Part shown: positions 1 to 12,060 of the stretch, piece after piece | Numbering within the stretch: position 1 is the stretch's first letter | Layout of the letters: every line of letters begins with the position of its first letter | Source of the DNA: Octopus vulgaris | Taxonomy: Eukaryota | Assembly (NCBI GenBank): GCA_951406725.2 | Contig: OX597833.1 | Location: 56,854,001 to 56,918,000, forward strand | DNA: 64,000 nucleotides | Direction of reading: 5' to 3' | The notes under the pieces: model-generated | The model's input: the letters and a program-made list of their open reading frames with translations, nothing else | The model's database searches: none | Told to the model about the DNA's origin: nothing | Position numbers and translations under genes: made by a program

Positions 1-186
1 CCCACTACGTTCCAAACAATTTGGCACCAATTCACCAGATCTGTCATGTCAATTGCACCTGATTCAAACTCATCAACTTTTATTTCAAATGTTGGAACTC
101 AGCATGATACATACATCAATGACATAGACACCAAACCATTCAACAAACACGTGACTCACTCAACCAGAACAGAACAAACAGAGTGA
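1..186 (+). CDS. Possible 3' end of a coding exon entering from upstream (PTTFQTIWHQ...TRTEQTE*)
   Basis: Frame 1 is open from base 1 to TGA at 184-186 (61 codons), followed by ~1.8 kb with no recognised repeats. No homology recognised; could be chance. Confidence 0.25.
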   Translation, partial: PTTFQTIWHQFTRSVMSIAPDSNSSTFISNVGTQHDTYINDIDTKPFNKHVTHSTRTEQTE

Positions 187-2009
187 ACATTAAAAAAAAC
201 TCCATTAGTAACAATATTTTGACTTTTGTGCTTACCTCTATCTCTGTCTGGCTTTTACACAAGCATATTTGCACAAACACACAAGCATTTAGGTATGCAT
301 ATAAATACATAATTACTCCAATTTATGTAAATTTTTGTAATAAGATAAATCAGGCCTGTATAAAAGAACCTCTATATGTAATTAGAGAAAAATCAGAAGT
401 ACATATCAATTTGGAATTTTAAATCACAAAGAAAATAAATAACTGAAAGTTGTTTGCAAAAGTAACAAATATAGAAACAGTTAAATAAGCTTGACGGTAT
501 CATTTCCATGTGTATCCATTCAAGGATGTTACTTTGCATATCAAATAAATTGCTTAGCGGGTTGAGTAGAGGGTAATTTAGGTCTCTGTTTAGCTGGTGA
601 CATTCATAAAAGCAAACCAAAAATAAAGTCTCTTCAATGGACACAATATGGCAAGAAAGACCCTGCTGTTGATTTTATAAATGAAACTTACTGTGTTTTC
701 AACAAAGCTTTACTAAAGAGTATTTCACACATGTGAAAAGATTATTTTCAGATGTCAGGGATTTTCACAATAGACCCAATTTAAAATTAAAAATAAATAA
801 GTAAAAATAAAATTTCTAAAAAATGAAAACAACATTAATATAGTTTTTTCTGGCCATAAAAAATAAATTGATTTTCTGAATGTAGTTCTTATAGTAGTTG
901 TGGGTGGTACAATAAATATAACTAGATGGAATGAGAGAGTAAAAAGAGTGAAGACTATTCAAGAATGGAAACTGGACTAGACAAAAATTTCCTCACTCCA
1001 TTGAATATTTGAAAATAGAGCCTTGTTTAAAGAGTATATAGCACTATCTATTTCTGAGTCTTACATTCCATCAAATCAGCTACTTTTAACAATGCTTTAT
1101 AATAGTACACTTTACATGGTATCAAGGTTAGATGTACTTGAAAATTAACTTTTCATTTTCAAACCAGTTTTTTTCTATTAATTCACCATTCAGAATGAAT
1201 TTTTATATAGTTGTTGGTTTTTGCTTTCAATTTCTGCCACATATATTCAACAGCAGGCTTATTTCAAACCACAATTGGTAAGTAAATGTGTGTTTATCTA
1301 TAATCTGCCTGTAACAATAATTTATTCAGAACTGAAAACAAAAGGGGAAAAATACTAAGCTAAATATCAAATGTCACTAAAATGGCAATGATGACAAATG
1401 CACCTAATGAAATGCATGAATATTGATGAAACATTATGGTAAGGAGGATAGCTTATAAAAGCAAAAACATTTTTTAAAAATCTTGATAAATATATCATGT
1501 TCAGATAAATCTAACATTGAAGCTTTCAAATCTAAACACAATATATTGATTAGCATATGGACTGAACAGCAGAATTCAGAGAATATTAACCTTGTTCGTT
1601 TTACAGATTCACTGTTGCCAGAAGGTAATTTTTATACCATTAATATGTCTACCAAATTATACAAGTGAACTGTAAATGAACCGTACGCTATCTTTGCTAT
1701 CTCATAATGGTTAGTCATTTAAGTCACGAGGGGAATTTTAAAAAAAAACAACTTTTTTTTGCCTATCTGTACAAGTGTACTTCTTGTTTGAGTCATAAAC
1801 ATTGTTAAATCACATATGTTACAAATATTACTGCATTATACCACATTTTAGATTCATGCATTTCAATGAATTATATTTCACAATGGTTTCTTTCACAAAT
1901 GACAACAGATGTTTCAGTGCTTTCCTTCAAATTTTGAAATAGTTGTAAATGTTTAAAAAAAAAAATTACATTAATAACATATTCAAAGCAATATATATAT
2001 ATCTGTAAT

Positions 2010-2165
2010 ATAATATGTGACAATTATTCGGTTGCCATAATAAAACTCACAGTTTCAGATGTCAGGGCGGAAATCTGCTCTGGCATCTCGTCAGTTATAA
2101 AGACTAACAAAAATGCTCTTCTATTTACAATATATCGAGGTCCCATTCATTCTTTTGTTGTCATA
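2010..2165 (-). mobile_element. Penelope-like (PLE) terminal-repeat remnant with hammerhead-like motif
   Basis: Minus strand reads ATAA-CTGACGA-GATGCCAG...CTGACATC-T-GAAA-C-TGTGA-GTT-TTAT; flanked by (TA)n. Confidence 0.55.
2036..2100 (-). ncRNA. Minimal type I hammerhead ribozyme-like motif
   Basis: CUGACGA (2094-2088), 8-bp stem II with one mismatch, GAAA (2056-2053), short stem III, GUU site, 4-bp stem I. Confidence 0.5.
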
Positions 2166-2167
2166 CT

Positions 2168-2174
2168 ATTACCA

Positions 2175-2217
<43 letters not shown>
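2168..2217. repeat. (TA)n microsatellite
   Basis: Direct. Confidence 0.95.
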
Positions 2218-2220
<3 letters not shown>

Positions 2221-2531
2221 CCTCGCCTGGCCTCCGTGCCGGTGGCACATAAAAAGCACCATCCGATCGTGACCGTTGCCAGCCTCGCCTGGCCTCCAAG
2301 CCGGTGGCACGTAAAAGACACCATCTGATCGTGGCCGTTGCCAGGCTCGTCTGGCACGTAAAAAACACCCACTACACTCATGGAGTGGTTGGTGTTAGGA
2401 AGGGCATCCAGCTGTAGAAACATTGCCAGATCAAACTGGACCTGGTGCAGCCTTCTGGCTTCCCAGAACCCAGTTGAACCGTCCAACCCATGCCAGCATG
2501 GAAAACGCACGCTAAACGATGAGGGTGATGA
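2218..2531 (+). mobile_element. SINE family 1 ((GAT)n-tailed, RTE-like 3' end), 5' truncated
   Basis: GGAAGGGCATCCAGCTGTAGAAAC...CCAACCCATGCCAGCATGGAAAACG..AAACGATGA; shared with many copies in the window. Confidence 0.85.
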
Positions 2532-2565
2532 TATATATACAGAACTTTTAATCATAAATACATTT

Positions 2566-2760
2566 TTAACCCTTTTGATAAAAACCTACCCGAGGCCCCT
2601 GTGGTACTATAATATGAGTTTGCTGTTTTATAGACATCTAAACTGAAGCCTTATATTGCGATTTCAAATTAATTGAAGTTCAAAACATCAGATAAATAAT
2701 GACAGACACTTTACTAAATTCTTCGGTATTTTCAAAATTAAATTAAAACAGTCAATAAAA
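2566..2760 (+). mobile_element. Diverged partial TTAA MITE (family A-related)
   Basis: Starts TTAACCCTTTTGATA; internal TTTTACTAAATTCTT shared with family A. Confidence 0.5.
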
Positions 2761-3024
2761 ATATAACACAAGGGGCAAATACAAGCTTCTATATAATGTC
2801 TGGTTGATACTGTAATATATGACTTAGTATATTATTAAACATGAGACAGCAAGGTAGCCATTATAAGGTCATTGCCCTGCTAGAAATAGCAGGTAGTCCT
2901 AGAATTATCAAGAAGCTGGGATGGTCACAGCTGGAGAATGTTTTTCATCACAAATTTGTTCAATCAGAGTAGACCTGGATTTAATAACAACAATAAGAAT
3001 TCAATAGATTAACATAAATTAGGG

Positions 3025-3205
3025 TGGAAAGCTGGCAGAATCATTAGCATGCCAGGCAAAACGCCTAGCAGCATTTCATCCATCCTTGCATTCTGAGTTC
3101 AAATTCTGTTGAGATCAACTTTGTGTTTCATCCTTTTTTAAGGTCAATAAAATAAGTACCAGTTGAGCAAACTTGCTGGCATTGCACCAAAATTTGAAAC
3201 CAGTA
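3025..3205 (+). mobile_element. SINE family 2 (tRNA head, Nin/Deu-like core), diverged
   Basis: AGCTGGCAGAATCATTAGC...GAGTTCAAATTC...TTTCATCCTTT...AATAAGTACCAG. Confidence 0.8.
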
Positions 3206-3642
3206 TATTAACATGAATGGGGAAAAATTAAATATAGTATCATTTGTAACAACAGCAGCGATGATAGCAATGGTTAAAAATAGGAGTTAATATTGCAAAA
3301 CTGCTAATTCACTATAGCTGACAAAACAGAAATTTATGGAACCATACTTTAAGGACCAGACACCAATGTAGAAACAATTATTTTAAATGCTTCATTGTTT
3401 CTTTGCGAAACTAAAACAGTTCTGTTAGAATGACTGACTATAACCAACATTGACCTCCATCCAAAATGGGTAGTTAAGTGATGCTATCTACCTACTTTTC
3501 TAGAGATTAATGAACATATTTCACTCTGGTCAGTAATAGCTGAGACATCAGATAACAGTTTTCCAAAGCAATTCACAAGAAATCTGTGAAGGTTAGAGGT
3601 AGTACTGTGAAGACATAATGATAGGTACATCAAATATATATA

Positions 3643-3901
3643 TCATCATCATCATCATCATCATCGTTTAGTGTCCGCTTTCCATGCTAGCATGGGTTGG
3701 ACAGTGCAACTGGGGTCTAGGAAGCCAGAAGGCTGCACCAGGCCCAGTCTGATCTGGCAATGTTTCTACGGCTGGATGCCCTTCTTAACACCAACCACTC
3801 CATGAGTGTAGTGGGTGCTTTCTACGTGCCACTGGCACAGGTGCCAGACGAGGTTGGCAAACGGCCACGATCGGATGTTCCTTTTTACGTGCCACTGGCA
3901 C

Positions 3902-3903
<2 letters not shown>
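3643..3903 (-). mobile_element. SINE family 1
   Basis: (CAT)n-CGTTTAGTGTCCGCTTTCCATGCTAGCATGGG...GGATGCCCTTC; ends at (TA)n 3903-3937. Confidence 0.85.
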
Positions 3904-3939
<36 letters not shown>

Positions 3940-3980
3940 AAACTAAGAGCTAGTGCATGACCAGGATGTTATAGGGTAAA

Positions 3981-4011
<31 letters not shown>

Positions 4012-5547
4012 GAAAGAGCGGAGAGGGGTTACTTTATGATTAAGAACTCTTAAATCCTTTTTTATTCCATAAAAAATATAATGCTACAAAGCCTCCAACA
4101 TGGTTATTCAACATACTTGCAATGGTAGCCAAATCACTTTTTTAAATCATACCCTATAGCCTTAAAAATAACAATATACTTCATAAAAAAAACATCAAAT
4201 GATCACTGTTACACGATGAGGGGAATAAAAAAATTCATTATAAGCAAGGGTTAGCAATAGGGAGGGCATCTGTCTGTAAAACAATGCTAGGATCTTGTTT
4301 GCTAGCATGGAAAAATGGGCATAAAACAAATGTACACAGACAGACGGATGGATGGATCCAACATTGAAGGAAGACTAACAGGGATGTAGAAATTACATTA
4401 GATTGATGAAAGGAGTTGTACCCAATGCAAAATAAGTAATCCTCAAATAACATTATCAACAGTACATTAGAAGTAACAAAATATTTAAATATTGCTCGGA
4501 AGCAATATAGAAAAGAATATATGCCGTAAAGAATTATTGACGTTTTAAGTAAGTTTGATAATGATATGTTGGTATATTACTATCAAACTTTTATTTTTGT
4601 TTGTATTACATTTTTCATTTACAATATCTGGGTTTTTACAGAAAAGCAAAAAAAAATCATAATGGCTTTTAGCTAGGCTTAAACAAACATGATAAAAGTT
4701 GCATTTAAGATTGTTGTTTTCTTTTAAAAGTTATCCTTAAAATGTTTACACTTAGTTTCTTTTTTTTTTATATATACATAACAACATAAAGAAGTTATTA
4801 ATAGGCATTCGTAAACATATTTTTTTAATATCTTATGATTTTTAAAACAAATAATATAAGAAATTTCCTGTCTTTTTTCTTATAAGTACAACAGTATTTC
4901 ACTGATGTTCAGTGAGGAAGCTATCCTGAATTTCACTTGAATAGTTAAAGTGTGAAGATTTTAATATTGTAGCAAGTGGTACTAACTGTCACCTCATCAC
5001 TTCAAGCAAATGTTAATTGTTTGTTGATATACTAAAAAGAAAGAAGAAAAAAAAATGTAAGCACCACCAAAGTATCATTTGTATTCCATTGACCAAGTTC
5101 ATAGAATGGAACAGTAACTGTATGTTATTCTATTTAGGTTTGATAGACTATTTGTAGAATATCATTAGCTCAATTATTAATTTTCACCCATGAAAGAGGC
5201 AGCTGTCAAGAAAGGTTAAAGGAAGTACATCCTTTCAGAAACAATAAGGGTCAAAAAGGCAAGTAGATAAAAAAAACAAGTCTCTTCCAAAGAAAGGCCT
5301 GCTGCCTACTCTCCAGCCTGGCAAACCAAAGTAACAGAATTCAGTGCCCTGCCCAGAGAACCAATGAAACACAGTGGATATGAATTCTTAACTGATGAAT
5401 TGATGGAGTTATTTGAATTGTACAAAAGACCAGTACTTTTCACACATTTTAAATTATCCTCTCCTTTCTTTTATTAACACTTTTTCTCATCCCCTTAACT
5501 AAATAACTTAGATTGGTTTAGGCCATTACTGGCTATAACTCAATAGC

Positions 5548-5778
5548 TATATCTTTACTACCCACAAGGGGCTAAACAGAGAGAGGACAAACAAGGACAG
5601 ACACACAGATTAAGTCGATTATATCGACCCCAGTGCATAACTGGTACTTATTTAATCGACCCCAAAAGGATGAAAGGCAAAGTCAACCTCGGTGGAATTT
5701 GAACTCAGAATGTAGCGACAGGCGAAATACCGCTAAGCATTTCGCCCGGCATGCTAACGATTCGGCCAGTTCACCGCC
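5548..5778 (-). mobile_element. SINE family 2, full length, 22-bp TSD
   Basis: Reverse complement of the 21360 copy; TSD TTACTGGCTATAACTCAATAGC at 5526-5547 and 5779-5800. Confidence 0.9.
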
Positions 5779-6277
5779 TTACTGGCTATAACTCAATAGC
5801 ACCACCTGAAAATATACCAGAAAAAATTGCTGCCTACAGGCTGATCACCATCAAAAGACTACTAGGAACAACATTCCAACCACAAATATTACCAAATGAT
5901 CTGCATGAAAATTGAAAATATTTGTGAAAATTAAGACAGTGAAAAACTGCATATTATAGCTCCCACTTACTGCCACCCTTGTCCCCAGTACTAAAATCTC
6001 CCCTCACCCTCAAGGAGTTGGAACTACCTAGTTTGAGAAGCACTGATATACACAATATTAACCTCCTCTTTTATTTTGATTTCGCCATTCACTTTTTATT
6101 TTCAGATCCTAAATTTCAACATACTTACATAACTCTAAAAAAATTTCAAATTTAAAACTATTTATAACACAAGGTTCCATGTCACAACCATGAAATATTA
6201 TTATCACAATGGTTAAGAACATTGAAATTTTGTATCAGAAATAAATGAAAAGAAAATAGTAAAGCTGAGTGATTCAA

Positions 6278-6694
6278 CTCTTTACTCTCTCTTTTACTCT
6301 TTTACTTGTTTCAGTCATGTGGCTGTGGCCATGCTGGAGCACCACCTTTTAGTCGAACAAATCAACCCCAGGACTTATTCTTTGGAAGCCTAGTACTTAA
6401 TCTATCGGTCTCTTTTGCCAAACCGCTAAGTTACGGGGATGTAAACACACCATCATCGGTTGTCAAGCGATGTTGGGGGTACAAACACAGACACACACAA
6501 ACACACATATATATATACATATACATATATACGACGGGCTTCTTTCAGTTTCCGTCTACCAAATCCACTCACAAGGCTTTGGTCGGCCCAAGGTTATAGT
6601 AGAAGACACTTGCCCAAGGTGCCACGCAGTGGGACTGAACCCAGAACCATGTGGTTGGTAAACAAGCTACTTACCACACAGCCACTCCTGCGCC
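6278..6694 (-). mobile_element. SINE family 3 (tRNA head, CORE-like CCTTGGGCAAGT, internal TA/TG tract), full length
   Basis: Reverse complement of the 57690-58144 copy; A/B-box-like TGGCTGTGTGG and GGGTTCAGTCCC. Confidence 0.9.
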
Positions 6695-8013
6695 TATATA
6701 TATAATATATATAATACTATATATAACATATATAATACTGCCATATTTTTCATTATATTGGATTTAAGCAGATACCCAAGAGTATTTGGTTATCACTCAG
6801 TTCCTTCCTTCTGTCATATAGTTACCACAAATCATGAGACAACTTCTTTCCTTTTCTTTTTGTCAATAAATTTCATAAAAATATTGGCAGTGGTACCAGT
6901 GTTGGTGGTGGTGGTGGCTTTGGAGGTTATTGCAATAGCTACATCTGTTACAGCTTTTGTTGTTGATGACACTGTTAGATAGCTTCAGTTATTTATGCTT
7001 CTTAGTGCAGCAGCCAAATGAATGTCTGAGAGTAATCCATTGGTTTGGCAACCTAGATATGCCACACTTCAGTCTGACCTGAGACCGCATTACAAAATCT
7101 GCCACTAAGATGTTCTCTCATGGAATATATTCTTAGATTCTCTAATTATGGAATTTGAATGGCAGTATGGTGAAAACAGTATTTTATATGAAAGTTTCCA
7201 GTGATATGTCAGGAAACTGTGACAGAAATAGCCATGCAGGTTATATGGAAACAGATTGAGAGACAAGAAGACAGTTAAAGAAAGAAAAGTAGAAACCAAC
7301 AGCGAGACAACTAGGGAGATATATATATGTATATATATATTTGGAGCTAATCAGAAATGGTGAAATAGACAGAATGACAGAGATGATTTAGAGAACTGAC
7401 AGGCACATTCTCTCGGAAACAATATTAATGATTGAGGATGTTTCACAAGCCAAGTCCAGAATGAGTCTGCTTGATCAATTAGATTCAGTGAAATTTGGAA
7501 ACATCCTTTATATTCATAAGCCCATCATACAGGTGCTTATATACAGTAAGACAAAAAGCAGGTTCATAGGGCTTAGACAGTTGTTGAAAGCAAATCTAAA
7601 ACTGAGTCTAAAAGGAAAACAAAAATCAAGTTTCAATAAATATCTTTACAAAATCTAACAAACCTGACAGCATTATTAAAAAGTAAAAAAGACATTCAAA
7701 CAATCCATCAACAAGGAACAATAAAAGACTTAAAGAATAAAATATGTAGGTCAAAGAAATATACTGCAATGATAATTTAAGGATGTTTTTTTTTTTTTTT
7801 TAATATGCTACAATTATTTTGATTAAATTACTGAAATCAATTTCTCACACTAGTTTGCAAATCTCTCCTAGAAATAATGATATCAGGCAATTCAAAAGAA
7901 ATAAGGAGGTTAAAGCTATGAGATAATGATGAACAGCCAAACTTTTCGTGTACTCTTTAGCCAATGTAATAAAAAGAAGCCAGTTCTCCTTCAGCAGAAG
8001 CAATTTGACTAGC

Positions 8014-8180
8014 AGAATCTTCATGAAGCAGCTAGATAATGCATCTTGTCATGGTTCCAGACTTATTAAATCAGGCATTTTTTTCTTTTTTTATGGAGAA
8101 ATGATTCTTATTTGACTTTATTATTCCCAAGACCTTTACCCCATTCAAGATCATTAGAATGAATGGAAAGAATGAATCAA
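8014..8180 (+). pseudogene. Highly decayed Tc1-like transposase catalytic region
   Basis: One frame reads RIFMKQLDNASCHGSRL...*LYYSQDLYPIQDH*, matching F.QDNA..H...WPPYSPDLNPIENLW with both W codons mutated to stops. Confidence 0.6.
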
Positions 8181-8552
8181 TAGATATTATAAAAATGTGG
8201 CAGAGTAGTGAAGGAGAAAAAAAATGTGATATTAATGATACAACCAAGGATGGGAATCATGTAAAAAAAAAAAAAAGAATAGTATTTGGCAAACATTCCA
8301 TTAATTTTGTGAACAAATATTAAAATACTCAAAGAAAAGTTTTTAACAAAATATCTCTTAATATAATGAAATGATCTTTCACAAATTGTATTTTTTTTAA
8401 AGCTGTTCTATGTTCCTAAATTTAATGAATTTGAAAATCAATAAAAAATTTTTATCAAAAGAAGATCACTATATATATTGCCCCATTGGTGGTTTTCCAC
8501 TAATCATTATAATAAGGATGTGTGTGTGTGTGTGTGTGTAAGCATGTGTTTT

Positions 8553-8790
8553 AGCAGTTAAGGTGTTGAACTCATGATTGTAAGATTGTGGTTTCAATTC
8601 TTGAACCAGGTGACAAGTTTTCTTGAACAAAGCACTTCATTCCACATTGCTCCATTCCACTCAGTTGACAAAAATGAGTAATCCTGCAACAGACTGGTAT
8701 CACATCCAAAGGGGAATATATGCACCACCAAAACTGGGAAACTTGCCCTATGAGTCTATATATGACTTGGGAAGGGTCTTTATCCTTCTC
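8553..8790 (+). mobile_element. Diverged tRNA-derived SINE with tail resembling the 55232 element
   Basis: GGTTTCAATTC B-box-like motif; CCTGCAACAGACTGGTATCACATCCA...AAACTGGGAAACTTGCCCTATGAG. Confidence 0.6.
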
Positions 8791-9149
8791 TATATATATA
8801 TAAATAGGCAGGCATGGCTGTGTAGATATGAAGTTCACTTTGTAAACATGTAATCTGGGGTTTTATTCCATTATGCAGCCCCTTGAACAAATGGCTTACA
8901 TTATAACCTTAGGCCAAACAATGCCAGGTGATTGAAACTGCTAGACACAAACTGTATGGAAACCCTTCATACATATTTATATATGTATGTATCTCTGAGT
9001 GTTTACATGTTTGTGAGGATTTACATTCATTGTACTGTTTGAGCAAAGTAGAGATTTAACAAACAATGTCCTGTAGTTCTTCACTTTCAAAAGCCAGTAG
9101 AATACAAAAAAAATCCCTTACTTGAAACAGATAGAGTAAGTGACAAGGG

Positions 9150-9155
9150 CACCAC

Positions 9156-9213
<58 letters not shown>

Positions 9214-9314
9214 GTTTAACGTCCGTTCTCCATGCTAGCATGGGTTGGACGGTTCGACCGGGGATCTGGGAAGCCAGAAGGCTGCACCAGGCTCCAGTCT
9301 TATCTGGCAATGTT
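9150..9314 (-). mobile_element. SINE family 1 3' fragment with long (CAT)n tail
   Basis: (CAT)n-CGTTTAACGTCCGTTCTCCATGCTAGCATGGG; truncated at the start of the duplicated segment. Confidence 0.85.
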
Positions 9315-9578
9315 TTTAACAAAATATCTCTTAATATAATAAAATGATCTTTCACAAATTGTATTTTTTTAAAGCTGTTCTATGTTCCTAAATTTAATGA
9401 ATTTGAAAATCACTAAAAATTTTTTATCAAAAGATCACTATATATATTGCCCCATTGGTGGTTTTCCACTAGTCGTTATAATATGGATGTGTGTGTGTGT
9501 GTGTGTGTAAGATTTTCTCCAACCTATGCCATCAAGGAAAAATGAATGACTAAATGATTTTGTGTGTGCATGTGCATT

Positions 9579-9588
<10 letters not shown>

Positions 9589-9653
<65 letters not shown>
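9589..9653. repeat. (TA)n microsatellite
   Basis: Direct. Confidence 0.95.
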
Positions 9654-9655
<2 letters not shown>

Positions 9656-9847
9656 TACACACACATATATGTAGTTGCCTAAAAATTCATGAGTCAGTAA
9701 AAACAGGTACTCATATATTAGGTAATAGGTTGGGTATCTTGTTATCATTGATATTATTGTCCCATAATACCCAAATTTATTTCATACTAATTGGTAATTT
9801 GGCTATTATAAAACAACAAAATAATAAGATGGAGGAGGGGGATGGGG

Positions 9848-9958
9848 GGAGGAGGAGGAGGAGGAGAAGAAGAAGAAGAAGAAGAAGAAGAAGAAGAAGA
9901 AGAAGAAGAAGAAGAAGAAGAAGAAGAAGAAGAAGAAGAAGAAGAAGAAGAAGAAGAA
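9848..9958. repeat. (GAG)n/(AAG)n microsatellite
   Basis: Direct; source of the poly-Arg ORF. Confidence 0.95.
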
Positions 9959-10460
9959 TAATCTTTTCTACTATAGGTACAATTTGGTGGGGGTGAGACT
10001 AGGCAATTACATCAACCCTCAGTTCTAAATTGGTACTTATATTATTGACCCCAGTGGAATTTGATCTCAAAACAAAGGGATGGAATAAATGCCATTAGGC
10101 ATTTTGTTCAACACAGTAACAATTCTGCCAGCTCACTACCTTAATAATAATAACAATCCTTTCTACTATAGGAACAAGGCCTGAAATTTGGGGGGAGGGG
10201 GCCAGTTGATTAGATCGGCCCCAGTATGCAACTGGTACTTAATTTATCGACCCCAAAAAGATGAAAGGCAAAGTCAACCTCAGTGGAATTTGAACTCAAA
10301 GAGGAAAGTATCAGAGTACCAACACCAGTCAATGGTGGTGGCAGCGGTGGCGGCCACTTCAAATTATGGTAGAATTTGAACTCAGAACATGAAAAACAGA
10401 CGAAATGCCACCAAGAATTTTGTCTGGCATGCTAACAATTCCCCTGATTCACTACCATAA
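9958..10460 (-). mobile_element. Cluster of head-to-tail family 2 SINE copies separated by (TAA)n
   Basis: Repeated CTTTCTACTATAGG..., TGGTACTT, GAATTTGAACTCA and AACAATTC blocks. Confidence 0.75.
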
Positions 10461-11570
10461 TAATAATAATGCACACACACACACTTAACTGTCATATTTT
10501 ATAATCCTTCATGTCCCATGTTACATGGAAGTTATTTATTATGTATTGTATGCAGTCAATAGAAGAGAGAAACTTAATGAGATTTAAGAATAAAAAAAAA
10601 CTTTCTGTGCCAACCCCAAACAAGAAAGAGAATGTCTTAACAATAAATTAACCCCATGATATTGATTAAAAGCAAGCAAACGAAAGAAGTAATAAAGACC
10701 TATTTTCCAAAATTCTATTGATGTTTAATACAAAGAACATCATTAGTATCTTGAGAATCTACTCAATGTTTTAGTCTGGAGATCTCTACTACATACATCT
10801 ACTGTACTACATACATCTACTGTATCACCAAAGCGAGATATGATAGTATATTTAGATATGACTGAAATTATTTTATCATCTGAGTTACTATAATGAAACA
10901 TAAATCTTGTAGACAATAGATTTTCACTGTAAACATGCACAGTGTAATTGTAGTGTGATTTCATAAAAATCACATTCATAACAAAAGAACTTAAGGCAAA
11001 TAAACTATATTATTTTCCATAATATTAGAAAGACTGCAAGGCTTAGTTAAACAGCCTGTCAATACATTAGTCCAGCATTTTATATATTACACTAAATGTG
11101 TGAGTGAAATTGCACACAATTGGTTTAATTAAATTTAATAAAAATATTTTGATAAAGAGTCTTACAGTAAAATCTCTAATACATTATAACTAAATTACAT
11201 TATTCATGAAACAATGGCACCATAAATAATCAGAAAGTAGAATACAAAGGAATCAATCCCCAAGTTATGAAATCACAAGTAAAAATAGTACTCTTGAGAA
11301 TTTACCCCTTAATGCATTTAAATGACATTATAGACTAATGTACAGAATTTGTAAAGTTTTTTCCCATACACACACAATTATTTGTTGCAATTGACTCTAC
11401 CACTTGTGTCAGACCTAGGGTAAGCAAATACATATCAATCAACAAAATAACTGGTTACATTTCACTCAGCAAAATAATTACTTTGACTAAAATTTCAATT
11501 TTAGTTTTAACTTTCACTATATGATTTATGTTCAGAGAAGGGAGGACTTATGTATGTTACTAGAATCATC

Positions 11571-11607
<37 letters not shown>

Positions 11608-12060
11608 TTATATATATAAAGAAAAAGTACTTATGATACTGACTTCAAAATCTGAGAACTGCAATGATTAAAACACACTATCTCCAACATATCTCATTAA
11701 AGGCATACCACATAACAGATAATGAATTAGAGGAAGAGAAGTGATAAAAATATCAATTACAATCCAATAGGTTTATTTGTTTCCCCATGATGTTAAAGGC
11801 ATTATCAAGTCAAACACCATATTTATTTACAAATAAGTTTAACCTTATTAGTTTTACACACTACTTATTCAAAAAAATTCGGTGCAATTTTATTATATAG
11901 TTATTTTGAACCAAAGAGCCTAATGACGTGAAGAAGCAAATTTTAAAGACATTATGACATTTAAGTCATTAGGTTGATTGACAGCACTTATAATTCAGTC
12001 TACTGAGTTGAAAATATGGAATGTATGTGATTAAAAAACTATATTCCCTATTGGATATAA

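Larger units (their letters stand above)
8339..9511 (+). repeat. ~200-bp direct repeat pair (8339-8542 and 9312-9511)
   Basis: GTTTTTAACAAAATATCTCTT...GCCCCATTGGTGGTTTTCCACTA...(TG)nAAG occurs twice, offset 973 bp. Confidence 0.9.

Noticed and set aside
745-760. 15-bp match TTTCAGATGTCAGGG with 2053-2067
   Set aside because: Too short, with no flanking similarity.
9562-9996. 144-aa ORF with YI repeats and poly-Arg
   Set aside because: Spans (TA)n and (AAG)n microsatellites.
10785-10822. 18-bp tandem duplication within an ORF (TVDVCS x2)
   Set aside because: Ordinary slippage duplication; ORF unsupported.
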